A stretch of 64,000 nt of DNA from Acidobacteriaceae bacterium. GTDB taxonomy: Bacteria; Acidobacteriota; Terriglobia; Terriglobales; Acidobacteriaceae. The DNA is taken from assembly GCA_003134815.1 (NCBI GenBank), contig PLCO01000042.1:13174-77173 (forward strand), written 5' to 3'. Each line of letters opens with the position of its first letter. The first letter of the stretch is position 1. Positions 8,940 to 17,404 of this stretch are shown here, piece by piece. Below the pieces are notes generated by a model. It searched no databases and was not told where the DNA came from. It was given only the letters and a program-made list of their open reading frames with translations. The position numbers and the translations under genes are program-made.

Positions 8940-9302
8940 ATGGCGACCTTCAGTATGGATGAGAACGGCAACATTCGCCGAGACCCAATCTCTGTCGACG
9001 AACTATGCGCGTGGGCTGACGCTTACCAAAAGACATATTTTCCCCGCCACGATCCAAAGTGCAACATCCAGATTGTAGATAACGCTGGCGGTCCTGCTTG
9101 CTTTGACCACTCGACGAAGATCATGTACGTCGAAACAGCGGCAACGATTTCAGAGAAACTGAGTCGGATTCTCTTGCTTCATGAAATGATTCACATCAAC
9201 TTCATCGAGGATGGACAAGACCCCGATGAGGCTCATGGGGACCGATTTCAGGCAGAAGTGAGGCGCCTATTTACGGCAGGGGCCTACAGAACACTTCTCT
9301 GA
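8940..9302 (+). CDS. SprT-like zinc metalloprotease-domain protein
   Basis: 120 aa; LLLHEMIHINF (HExxH) followed by EAHGDRFQAEVRRLF, the arrangement seen in SprT-like domains; lower-GC islet next to tRNA-Phe. Confidence 0.6.
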   Translation: MATFSMDENGNIRRDPISVDELCAWADAYQKTYFPRHDPKCNIQIVDNAGGPACFDHSTKIMYVETAATISEKLSRILLLHEMIHINFIEDGQDPDEAHGDRFQAEVRRLFTAGAYRTLL

Positions 9303-9314
9303 AAGGAATGGACG

Positions 9315-9839
9315 ATGACCGACGAGGAGAAAGCGTACTTCGAGGACTGGAAGAAGAAGTGTGCTGAGACAAGAGCAAGGAACAAGCAAGAGCGCGCTCA
9401 CGCGCAAGCAAGACTCCTCAAAGATAAGCCCGGCTTCCGAATTGCGAAGCGTGGTAGCAAGAAGGGGCAGCTCGTATGGATCGGCTATAAGCAGCAGCAG
9501 ACCGACATTAATATGGCTCGGAACGCCCAAAAGCGTGAAGAAGCTATTGCTCGGAGGGCTATCGAATCGGCGAACGCTTCCCCCAATCCAATCGCTTCAT
9601 CAGCATCATTAGCGCCAACGAGGCGAAACGAGATCAAGCCTTACGAAGTAATATTGGCGTACCTATTCGTCTGTGCCGCGACGCTAACTTACGTGTTTAT
9701 AGCTAAGGCGATCGAACACCTCGGCTTTTTGGGACTGGCGGTATTTGTAGACTTTGTCCTTTACTCAATCAAGGCGAAGAAGACATATCACTCGCGATAT
9801 GCACCGTTCCTTTGGTGGTTCTTGATGCGCAGGAAATAG
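9315..9839 (+). CDS. Hypothetical protein, basic N-terminal half plus two C-terminal TM helices
   Basis: 174 aa; Lys/Arg/Glu-rich N-terminus, then VILAYLFVCAATLTYVFIA and FLGLAVFVDFVLYSI; 12 nt downstream of the SprT-like ORF. Confidence 0.5.
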   Translation: MTDEEKAYFEDWKKKCAETRARNKQERAHAQARLLKDKPGFRIAKRGSKKGQLVWIGYKQQQTDINMARNAQKREEAIARRAIESANASPNPIASSASLAPTRRNEIKPYEVILAYLFVCAATLTYVFIAKAIEHLGFLGLAVFVDFVLYSIKAKKTYHSRYAPFLWWFLMRRK

Positions 9840-9916
9840 AGCGGGCCGCGCACAAGTTTACGTCGCAATAACCCGTACCGCACCTATTACCTGCAATAGA
9901 TTCGATCACCTAAGAA

Positions 9917-9991
9917 TGGTGGCCAGAGACGGGATTGAACCGCCGACGCCGGCCTTTTCAGGGCCGCGCTCTACCACTGAGCTATCTGGCC
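9917..9991 (-). tRNA. tRNA-Phe (anticodon GAA), CCA encoded
   Basis: Minus-strand read GGCCAGATAGCTCAGTGGTAGAGCGCGGCCCTGAAAAGGCCGGCGTCGGCGGTTCAATCCCGTCTCTGGCCACCA folds as a cloverleaf: 7-bp acceptor, D arm GCTC/GAGC, anticodon loop CTGAAAA, T loop TTCAATC. Confidence 0.95.
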
Positions 9992-10170
9992 TCAGTCGAA
10001 ACGAGAGTTGCATGAATCCGCGCGGGTTCCGGCGGTGCCGGGCGAGGTGAGTAAATCCACGTGCCGTGCGCTCAAAACAACCTGACCAGTATACCAAGCC
10101 CCAACTACCCGGCCAAACCGCGGCCCTCGACTCTAGCCCCGACCAAAGTGAACTAAACTGGACTGCAATC

Positions 10171-11847
10171 ATGCGCAGCCGCCTCGCTCTTCGTTCCGTC
10201 CAAATTGCTTCCGGCGTAGCGCTGGCCTTGCTCGCCGGCTGCGGACCCGGCCCCGACGGATCTGGACCATTCGGCGGACCAAGACCCAACTATCAAGGCA
10301 TACCCACCAGGGCCGAAACGCGCACCGCCCTCATCTACGAGGCCAACCTGCATCAGGGCCCTGAAACTCTGCGCGCTTTTCTCAGCGATTTCCCAAAAGG
10401 CGCCGACCTTCACGTTCATCTCTCGGGCGCGGTCTATGCGGAGACATTCATCCGTGACGCCGGCGAGGACGGCCTGTGCGTCGACACGGTCAGCCTCACT
10501 TTTGCCAAGCCGCCCTGCCGCGGAAAAACCCTGGTCCCGGCGCAGGAATTCTCCGGCAATCTCACGCCGGCCGATCAAGCAATTTACGACAAGCTCATCG
10601 ATTCGTTCTCAGTCCGCAGCTTTGTCCCCACGCCCAGTTGGAGCGAGCACGACCAGTTCTTCTCGACCTTCGGCCGCTTTGGCGGGCTGAGCAATACGCA
10701 CGCCCCCGAGTGGGTCGACGAAGTGGCCAGCCGGGCCGCCGCTGAGAACAACCAATATCTCGAGCTGATGAACACGCCTGCCTTCAGTCACGCCGCGCAA
10801 ATCGCGCACCAGATCGGCTGGAATGCAAAGCTCGCGCAGGCTGACCCGCAGGCATTCGCGCAGTTCCGCCAGCAGCTCCTGGACCACGGCCTGCGCGACG
10901 AAGTGTCTGCGGACCTCAACGAAGCAAGCCAGGCCGAAACCGGACGCAAGCAAATCGAACACTGCGGAACCGCGCAAGCCGCGCCCGCCTGTCAGGTCGA
11001 GATTCGCTACATCTACCAGGTTCTTCGCGCCAACGCTCCGGAGCAGGTCTTTGCGCAAACGCTGCTCGGCTTCGAGACGGTCCAGGCAGCCCAGAACGCC
11101 AACCCCGGCACCTGGGTGGGCATCAACTTTGTGCAGCCTGAGGATGGTTACATCGCCATGCGCGATTACACGCTGCAGATGAAGATTATCGGCTATCTGC
11201 ATTCCATCTATCCCAACGTTCACATCGCTCTGCACGCGGGCGAGCTCGCGCCCGGTATGGTGCCGCCAGAGGGCCTGCGCTTTCACATCCGTCAGGCAGT
11301 CGAGCTCGGCGACGCGGAGCGCATCGGCCACGGCGTCGACGTGATGAACGAAGACCGTCCGCGCGACCTGCTCACCGAACTGGCCGCCCGCCACATCATG
11401 GTCGAGATCAACCTCAGCTCGAACGAAGGAATCCTCGGCATCGACGGCGATGCGCATCCGTTTCCCGTGTACCGCTCCGCGCATGTGCCGGTCGCGCTCT
11501 CCACTGACGATGAAGGCGTCAGCCGAATCGACCTCACCCACGAATACGTCCGCGCCGCCATCGATTACGGCCTCACCTACCGCGACCTCAAGCAACTAGC
11601 GCGCACCGGGATGGAGCACAGTTTCCTCCCCGGCGCTGACCTCTGGGCCACGCCGGATGATTTTCGCGCGGCCGCCGGTGCCTGCAAGGGCGAAACTCTC
11701 GGCAGCGCCAATCCGTCCGGCAATTGCAGCCAATTCCTCAGCGGCAGCCAAAAGGCCTCCGCCCAATGGGAGCTCGAGCGCCGCTTTACCGATTTTGAAG
11801 CCAAATTCCAGGGACCAACCTTCGACCGTTTGCTCCACGGCCACTGA
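10171..11847 (+). CDS. Adenosine/AMP-deaminase-family lipoprotein (exported)
   Basis: Start moved to ATG 10171, giving MRSRLALRSVQIASGVALALLAGC (lipobox). Amidohydrolase/ADA motifs DLHVHLSGA, HAGE, GHG and STDDEG are present. Confidence 0.85.
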   Translation: MRSRLALRSVQIASGVALALLAGCGPGPDGSGPFGGPRPNYQGIPTRAETRTALIYEANLHQGPETLRAFLSDFPKGADLHVHLSGAVYAETFIRDAGEDGLCVDTVSLTFAKPPCRGKTLVPAQEFSGNLTPADQAIYDKLIDSFSVRSFVPTPSWSEHDQFFSTFGRFGGLSNTHAPEWVDEVASRAAAENNQYLELMNTPAFSHAAQIAHQIGWNAKLAQADPQAFAQFRQQLLDHGLRDEVSADLNEASQAETGRKQIEHCGTAQAAPACQVEIRYIYQVLRANAPEQVFAQTLLGFETVQAAQNANPGTWVGINFVQPEDGYIAMRDYTLQMKIIGYLHSIYPNVHIALHAGELAPGMVPPEGLRFHIRQAVELGDAERIGHGVDVMNEDRPRDLLTELAARHIMVEINLSSNEGILGIDGDAHPFPVYRSAHVPVALSTDDEGVSRIDLTHEYVRAAIDYGLTYRDLKQLARTGMEHSFLPGADLWATPDDFRAAAGACKGETLGSANPSGNCSQFLSGSQKASAQWELERRFTDFEAKFQGPTFDRLLHGH

Positions 11848-11983
11848 GCGTAGCCCGGCGCCGCCGGGCTGAAAAAATTCGCCGGAAGAGCGCGACTTTC
11901 CCTCGTACGCGCGGTTAGTATCAGGATGCTCTCGTTCCGCCCCTGCTTGCGGGACAGGTCTCCCAGCGGTAAGGAGGGTCACC

Positions 11984-14116
11984 CTGAACACCCGATTCCG
12001 CGGCCGTTACCACTTCCTCGCGCTCGCGCTTAGTGCCTCATTCTTAATCAGCGGCTGCGGCTCCGGCCGCAGCTCCTCCACACAGCCACAACCGTCAATC
12101 ACCGTCAACGGAGCCAGCCAAGTCCGGCTGGGAAGCACAACCACCTTTACGGCCACGGTCAGCAATCTTTCAAACACTGCCGTCACTTGGCAGGTCAATA
12201 GCGTTGCGGGCGGCAACAGCACCGTCGGAACCATCACCAGCGCTGGCGTTTATACGCCTCCCGCTGTCATCCCGGCCACGAACACTGTCACTGTAACGGC
12301 CGTCAGTGTGGCATCGCCAGCGGTTTTCGGCTCGGCACCGCTGAGCATTCTCAACCCCATTCCTTCAGTCTCCGCAGCCGGAGCCGCGCCGGTTTCAGGA
12401 ACCAGCTACACGCTTGAAGTTGACGGCGCCGGCTTTGTGAACGGCGCTCAAATCCAGGCCGGCGGCGCCACTGTGACCACGTCGTTCGTGTCTTCCACTG
12501 AGTTGCAGGCCACCGTCACCATTCCCAACGGCACTACATCGCTGAGCGTGAGCGTTATGAATCCGAGCCCCGGCGCTTCAGCTTCGAACGCCGTAAATGC
12601 AGCCATCTATCTCACCACTGTAGCCACGGCGGCGCGGCTGCTCGACCAATCCACATTCGGGCCTTCGCTGGCCACAATCCATCAGGTGCAGTCAACCGGC
12701 GTTGATGCCTGGATTACGCAGCAGTTCAGCACGCCCGACACCCCGCTTGCAAATATCCCTTCGCCTTTGCCGGCTCTGTGCCTTGCCGCGAATACCCCCA
12801 CCAACTGCGAAGAGTCGGAGTGGTGGCAAACGGTGCTCACAGGGCCCGATCAATTGCGGCAGCGGGTGGCATTCGCGCTGAGCGAGATCTTCGTCATCTC
12901 AAGCGACACCGACAATGCCACCACCATTACCTACTATCACAACACGCTTGCGCAGGACGCGTTCACCAATTTCTATACCGTCATGCACGACGTAACGGTG
13001 TCGCCCGGTATGGGCGCATACCTGAACATGCTCAATAGCGCCAAGGCGCCGGCCGGGGAAATCCCCAACGAGAACTACGCGCGCGAGCTGATGCAGCTCT
13101 TCACCACCGGCCTGAACTTGTTGAATGACGATGGATCCCTGCAACTCGACGGCAGCGGGAATCCGATCCCCACATACACGCAGGCCCAGGTCCAGGAGTT
13201 TGCCGCTGCTTACACCGGCTGGACCTACGCCACATCGAGCGGAGGAGTGCCAACCAAATTCCCCAACAACACAGCGAATTACCTGGCGCCGATGGTCGCC
13301 GTCGAGAACGCGCACGACATGACAGCAAAGACGCTCCTGAACGGCACCGTCCTGCCCGCAGGCCAAACAGCCGAGGCGGACCTGCAAGGCGCGTTGACGA
13401 ACATTTTCAACCATCAGAACGTTGGCCCGTTCGTCTGCAAGCAGCTCATCCAGCACCTGGTCACCAGCACGCCGAGCCCCGCCTACGTGGCCCGCGTTGC
13501 CGCGGTATTCGCCAACAATGGCAGCGGCGTCCGCGGCGACATGCAGGCCGTGATCCGCGCCATTCTTGAGGACCAGGATGCTCGCGCCGGAGATACCGAC
13601 CCAACCTACGACGGCGGGCACCTTCGGGAGCCGATGCTGTGGATGACGAACTTCTTGCGCGCCGTGGGCTTTACCAACACCGATGCAAATGGTTCCTACT
13701 TCTCACTATCGAATTACTCCAACAATCTCAGCGAGCGGCCTTATCGTTCCAGCAGCGTGTTCAACTTCTTCCCGCCCAGCTACGTCGTCCCGCAGACAAC
13801 GTTGAATGCGCCGGAATTCGATCTTGAGAATTCCGCAACCGCCATCCTGCGGCTTTCGCTTGCCGACAGCTTTGTCAACAACAAGATCACCGGCTTCACC
13901 ATCGATTTAAGCGCAACCAGCCCGCTGGGGCAGCTTGCGGCCTCGAGCCCCGACCAACTTGTAGACATGCTCGGAACCATCTTTATGCACGGCCAGATGC
14001 CGAGCGACATGCGCAGCGAGATTCTCAGCGCAATCGGCGGCCTGGGTACAGCGCAACAGGTGCGCGTGGCCACTTACCTGGTCATCACGTCGTCGCAGTA
14101 CAAGGTCATGCATTAG
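11984..14116 (+). CDS. DUF1800-family protein with lipoprotein signal and Ig-like N-terminal domains; apparent CTG start
   Basis: The frame of track ORF 12308..14116 is open back to TGA 11870-11872 with no ATG/GTG/TTG. It encodes (L/M)NTRFRGRYHFLALALSASFLISGC plus an Ig-like segment. AAGGAGG at 11971-11977 lies 6 nt before CTG 11984. The C-terminal part is DUF1800-like and is followed by DUF1501. Confidence 0.75.
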   Translation: MNTRFRGRYHFLALALSASFLISGCGSGRSSSTQPQPSITVNGASQVRLGSTTTFTATVSNLSNTAVTWQVNSVAGGNSTVGTITSAGVYTPPAVIPATNTVTVTAVSVASPAVFGSAPLSILNPIPSVSAAGAAPVSGTSYTLEVDGAGFVNGAQIQAGGATVTTSFVSSTELQATVTIPNGTTSLSVSVMNPSPGASASNAVNAAIYLTTVATAARLLDQSTFGPSLATIHQVQSTGVDAWITQQFSTPDTPLANIPSPLPALCLAANTPTNCEESEWWQTVLTGPDQLRQRVAFALSEIFVISSDTDNATTITYYHNTLAQDAFTNFYTVMHDVTVSPGMGAYLNMLNSAKAPAGEIPNENYARELMQLFTTGLNLLNDDGSLQLDGSGNPIPTYTQAQVQEFAAAYTGWTYATSSGGVPTKFPNNTANYLAPMVAVENAHDMTAKTLLNGTVLPAGQTAEADLQGALTNIFNHQNVGPFVCKQLIQHLVTSTPSPAYVARVAAVFANNGSGVRGDMQAVIRAILEDQDARAGDTDPTYDGGHLREPMLWMTNFLRAVGFTNTDANGSYFSLSNYSNNLSERPYRSSSVFNFFPPSYVVPQTTLNAPEFDLENSATAILRLSLADSFVNNKITGFTIDLSATSPLGQLAASSPDQLVDMLGTIFMHGQMPSDMRSEILSAIGGLGTAQQVRVATYLVITSSQYKVMH

Positions 14117-14159
14117 CAGCGGGCATCGAAGATCTTCCGATCCCCTCAGGAGAAACGCC

Positions 14160-15497
14160 ATGCGGACGAACCGGAGAACCTTTATAAACTGCGCGAGCCT
14201 TGCTGCCGCCGGCAACATTCTGGGCCTGCGTCCGTTTGGCGCGCTCAATGCTCTGGCGCAAACTGCCAGCGACTACAAAGCGCTCGTATGTGTTTTTCTG
14301 TTCGGCGGAAACGACGCCAACAACACGCTGATTCCATTCGACACAACGGGCTACGGACAGTACTCCTCACTGCGCGGCGATCTGGCGTTGGCGCAGAATA
14401 CCCTTCTGCCGCTCACTCCCGCGCCCAACTTCGCCTTGCATCCGAGCCTGCCCGACATCCAGACGCTCTTCAATATCAACAATGCCGCCTTCGTGGCCAA
14501 CGTAGGCACGCTCGTCCAACCCCTCACGCGGGCGCAATACCAGGCCGGACAGACCGCGCCGACGAACTTGTTTTCGCATCCCGACCAGCAATTGGAATGG
14601 CAAAATGCGGCGCAGAGCGCCGCCACCCCCACCGGCTGGGCCGGCCGAATGGCCGATGTCCTCGGTTCGAGCTACAACCAGGGCGCCACCATCCCGATGA
14701 TTACGTCGGTGGCCGGAGATACGCTTTTCTGCAACGGCATTTCCACCACACCTGTCTCTGTCTCGCCCGGCAATTTGAACGGAGCCAGTTGCTCAGAAGG
14801 CGCGGAGTGCTCGGCGCGCCAGCTTACCGCGCAGGCGCTGCTCACCCTGGACTCCGGCATCTCCCTGGTCCAGGCCGATGACTCCATCACGACCAATGCC
14901 TATGCCTACGCCAAAACACTTGCCGACGCGGTGCAATCGATCACTCCGCTGCAAACCGTCTTCCCGGCGAAGAACGGGTTGGCCGCGCAACTCAAGCAGA
15001 TTGCCCAGATCATTCAAGTCCGCGCCGCACTTAGTGTCCAGCGCCAGATCTTCTTCGCCGGCATCGGCAACTTTGACACGCACGCCGACCAGCTCGGATT
15101 GCAAAGCACGTTGCTGGCGGAAATCTCCCCGGCTCTCGCCGCTTTCTATAACGCAACAGTTGAGCTGAACGTGGCCAGCCAGGTGACCGCGTTTACTATG
15201 TCGGATTTCAGCCGTACCTTCCAGCCAAATTCAAACAACGGCAGCGATCATGCCTGGGGATCGCACCACATCGTCATTGGCGGCGCGGTCAAAGGCGGAC
15301 AGATTTACGGCGCCTATCCGACATTGGCGCTCGCAGGGCCCGATGATTCCGGCTCGAATGGCCGCTGGGTTCCGACGACGGCCAGTTCGCAGTATGCGGC
15401 GACCCTCGCGCAGTGGTTTGGCGTCAGCACTGCCGAACTCCCCGCCGTGTTGCCGTCCATCGGAAACTTCGCCACAAATAATCTCGGATTCGTATAA
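14160..15497 (+). CDS. DUF1501-family protein (sulfatase-like fold) with Tat signal
   Basis: 445 aa; MRTNRRTFINCASLAAAGNILGL twin-arginine leader, FGGNDANNT and DFSRT...GSDHAWG motifs typical of DUF1501; canonical partner of DUF1800. Confidence 0.85.
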   Translation: MRTNRRTFINCASLAAAGNILGLRPFGALNALAQTASDYKALVCVFLFGGNDANNTLIPFDTTGYGQYSSLRGDLALAQNTLLPLTPAPNFALHPSLPDIQTLFNINNAAFVANVGTLVQPLTRAQYQAGQTAPTNLFSHPDQQLEWQNAAQSAATPTGWAGRMADVLGSSYNQGATIPMITSVAGDTLFCNGISTTPVSVSPGNLNGASCSEGAECSARQLTAQALLTLDSGISLVQADDSITTNAYAYAKTLADAVQSITPLQTVFPAKNGLAAQLKQIAQIIQVRAALSVQRQIFFAGIGNFDTHADQLGLQSTLLAEISPALAAFYNATVELNVASQVTAFTMSDFSRTFQPNSNNGSDHAWGSHHIVIGGAVKGGQIYGAYPTLALAGPDDSGSNGRWVPTTASSQYAATLAQWFGVSTAELPAVLPSIGNFATNNLGFV

Positions 15498-15542
15498 GAC
15501 CCGCCCTCCTCTCCAGCCCGCTTAACGCCTCCCAAGGTTCCC

Positions 15543-15565
15543 GCAGCCGAGTTAAACTCGGCTGC
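15543..15565 (+). other. Perfect 9-bp stem hairpin abutting the mmcQ-like start codon
   Basis: GCAGCCGAG-TTAAA-CTCGGCTGC ends one base before ATG 15566; may terminate the DUF1501 transcript or occlude translation initiation. Confidence 0.4.
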
Positions 15566-16105
15566 ATGGACAACGAGCGCATTCGCGAAATTTGCCTCGC
15601 GTTGCCCCACGTCACTGAAACGGTGAACTGGGGTCACCACCTGGTCTATTGGGCCGGCGATCGCGACATCGGCGGAAAAATGTTCGCCATGACCGATCTC
15701 GATGGAACCGGCATCGGCGTTCTCTGGTTCCACTGCGGCGCCGAGCGCTTTCATGAGTTCCTTGAGCGCGAGGGAATTCTTGCCTCGCCCTACCTCGCCA
15801 AGGCCTATTGGGTCACGCTCGAGCGATGGAGCGCATTGCGCCCGCGCGAGATCGAGGACGAGCTCCGGCGCGCCCACGCGCTGATCCTCGAAAAACTGCC
15901 GCCGAAAACCAAAGCCATCCTCGCCATGCCGGAAAAAGATCGCGCGAAAATCGTTCGCGAGCGAAGGAAAGCCCTCGCCGCCAAAGCCAAGGCGCCGGCA
16001 AGGCCTACCCAAGCGAAGGCCCCATCCAAGCCTCCCAAGTCGTCTTCGGCCAGGACGCCGGCATCATCGCGCCCCACCCGCACCCGCCCCGGGAAAGCCC
16101 GCTGA
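15566..16105 (+). CDS. MmcQ/YjbR-family DNA-binding protein with basic Pro/Lys/Ala tail
   Basis: 179 aa; IREICLALPHVTETVNWGHHLVYWAG...KMFAM... matches the YjbR/MmcQ pattern; low-complexity C-terminal tail. Confidence 0.8.
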   Translation: MDNERIREICLALPHVTETVNWGHHLVYWAGDRDIGGKMFAMTDLDGTGIGVLWFHCGAERFHEFLEREGILASPYLAKAYWVTLERWSALRPREIEDELRRAHALILEKLPPKTKAILAMPEKDRAKIVRERRKALAAKAKAPARPTQAKAPSKPPKSSSARTPASSRPTRTRPGKAR

Positions 16106-16195
16106 CCCGATCTGAAACCCACGCACTGGAACCCCCGCCGCCGCAATTGCGTAATAATGTACGCATCACTCCGCGCGAATGAGGCGCTCAAAGCC

Positions 16196-16387
16196 ATGGC
16201 AAAATTCCTTCTTTGGTGCATACTCCTGGTGTTCTGCTGGCCGCTGGCCCTGCTGGCTCTGGTGCTCTACCCCATCGTCTGGCTGCTCTTGCTGCCGTTT
16301 CGCGTCGTAGGCATTGCCGTCGGCGGCGTACTCGCGCTGGTCAGCGCCATTATTTTTCTACCTGCTCGAGTCCTCCGCGCTGTCTGA
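16196..16387 (+). CDS. Small hydrophobic membrane protein
   Basis: MAKFLLWCILLVFCWPLALLALVLYPIVWLLLLPFRVVGIAVGGVLALVSAIIFLPARVLRAV: two or three TM segments; its stop codon overlaps the IS target duplication. Start uncertain (16157 in the track). Confidence 0.4.
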   Translation: MAKFLLWCILLVFCWPLALLALVLYPIVWLLLLPFRVVGIAVGGVLALVSAIIFLPARVLRAV

Positions 16388-16393
16388 AGTTCC
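16386..16393. repeat. Left copy of 8-bp target-site duplication GAAGTTCC
   Basis: Identical 8-mer at 19546-19553, directly outside the two inverted repeats. Confidence 0.8.
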
Positions 16394-16409
16394 GGTAGTG
16401 TCCTAATTT
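16394..16409 (+). repeat. IS left inverted repeat (IRL)
   Basis: GGTAGTGTCCTAATTT; exact reverse complement of 19530-19545. Overlaps a local palindrome AGTGTCCTAAT-TTCG-ATTAGGACACT (16397-16422). Confidence 0.85.
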
Positions 16410-16435
16410 CGATTAGGACACTGGTCTTGGCGTAC

Positions 16436-17326
16436 CTATGTATGCTTGTTGTACCCGTTTGGAGTCAAAGCAAACCTATCCAAAGAGTCCCCCGTGCCGG
16501 GTATGTAATGGAAGCACCATTGCGTCAGGTAGGACTCGACTCCTGGCAGCGTGCGGTCGGTAAACTTATCCCAATATCGAATCCTGCCGAACACATAAAC
16601 CGTTCGCGGGTCGTTCCCATTCCTGTTGTCTTGACTCAGCATCCCATCTGGATGAACCTCGTAAATTCTCACTGGATCGTCAGTGAAGAAGAGCGTCTGC
16701 GTGGGATGTATGAGCGGACAGTCCAAGGCTTCTGTGGGGGTGAATCCATTGGTCGGATGGAGTTCGCAAGCACAATGCACTTCAATCAGTTCGGCTGGAG
16801 TTCTGCCGCGATTGGCGAAGCTGAGAACGTGCATCAGCCTGCCATTCTCTATTTGGCTCTTGATGTCCACAACAAACCACGGGCGCTCCGAAATAATGAG
16901 GGCCTTTACGTTCAAGAGGGCAGCATCGGCGGCTTTCTTGGTAGCATTCGTTTGGACGATAAACCACCACAAAGTGACACTCGCTACTATCAGCACGGCT
17001 ACATTCGCCCAATACGCCAGCCAATCAAATTTGTCTCTTCCCGGAGTCCGCTGAATCGTGACGTTTGCGGTGGGGAGTTTGCTGACCGCTATGGTGGATT
17101 CTTTCTCTTTGGCGGCTTTGCAATCGGCATCATTTTTGAATTGATCGCTCTCACAATTCTTTTCAACAATCGTAAGAGTCGGTGTGGATGGATTCTGGCC
17201 GCTATTAGCCTGTTCTTCTGGATTATGACTGCTGCTATCGTTCCCATAGGCCGTCTGCCTTGGGATTGGTGGAAGACTCCCAAAGGATGCCAAGACGACG
17301 GCCAATATTACCAGACGTTTCAACAT
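16436..17326 (-). CDS. Passenger gene: membrane-anchored hypothetical protein, C-terminus ...GYNKHT; paralogue of 4992..5978
   Basis: MLKRLVILAVVLASFG signal, Cys-containing spacer, TM (WANVAVLIVASVTLWWFIV), then SERPWFVV, NRGRTP, VYVFGRIRYWD, QWCFHYI and terminal YNKHT shared with the chromosomal paralogue. Confidence 0.65.
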   Translation of the reverse strand: MLKRLVILAVVLASFGSLPPIPRQTAYGNDSSSHNPEEQANSGQNPSTPTLTIVEKNCESDQFKNDADCKAAKEKESTIAVSKLPTANVTIQRTPGRDKFDWLAYWANVAVLIVASVTLWWFIVQTNATKKAADAALLNVKALIISERPWFVVDIKSQIENGRLMHVLSFANRGRTPAELIEVHCACELHPTNGFTPTEALDCPLIHPTQTLFFTDDPVRIYEVHPDGMLSQDNRNGNDPRTVYVFGRIRYWDKFTDRTLPGVESYLTQWCFHYIPGTGDSLDRFALTPNGYNKHT

Positions 17327-17404
17327 AATCCTGCAATTGTACCCCAAAAACCTCTTGACTTAATCTAATTATTGGGGTACAGTATTTCTAGTGAGGGTAA
17401 GGGC

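Noticed and set aside
8900-9916. Complete integrative element or prophage at tRNA-Phe
   Set aside because: No integrase, excisionase or phage structural genes are present. Only two small ORFs lie between the putative att repeats, so it is described as a remnant islet.
11848-11880. Hairpin AGCCCGG-CGCCG-CCGGGCT after the deaminase gene as a rho-independent terminator
   Set aside because: On the plus strand it is followed by GAAAAAATTC, an A-run and not a T-run. It would act as a terminator only for the opposite strand, where there is no gene. It was not annotated.
16427-17368. 313-aa plus-strand ORF almost exactly co-extensive with the minus-strand passenger gene 16436..17347
   Set aside because: Its codons are exactly aligned, in reverse complement, with those of the minus gene. 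It is therefore open simply because that gene lacks TTA/CTA/TCA codons. The minus-strand product has a paralogue with shared motifs and the plus-strand product has none. A genuine overlapping gene cannot be excluded, but nothing supports one.
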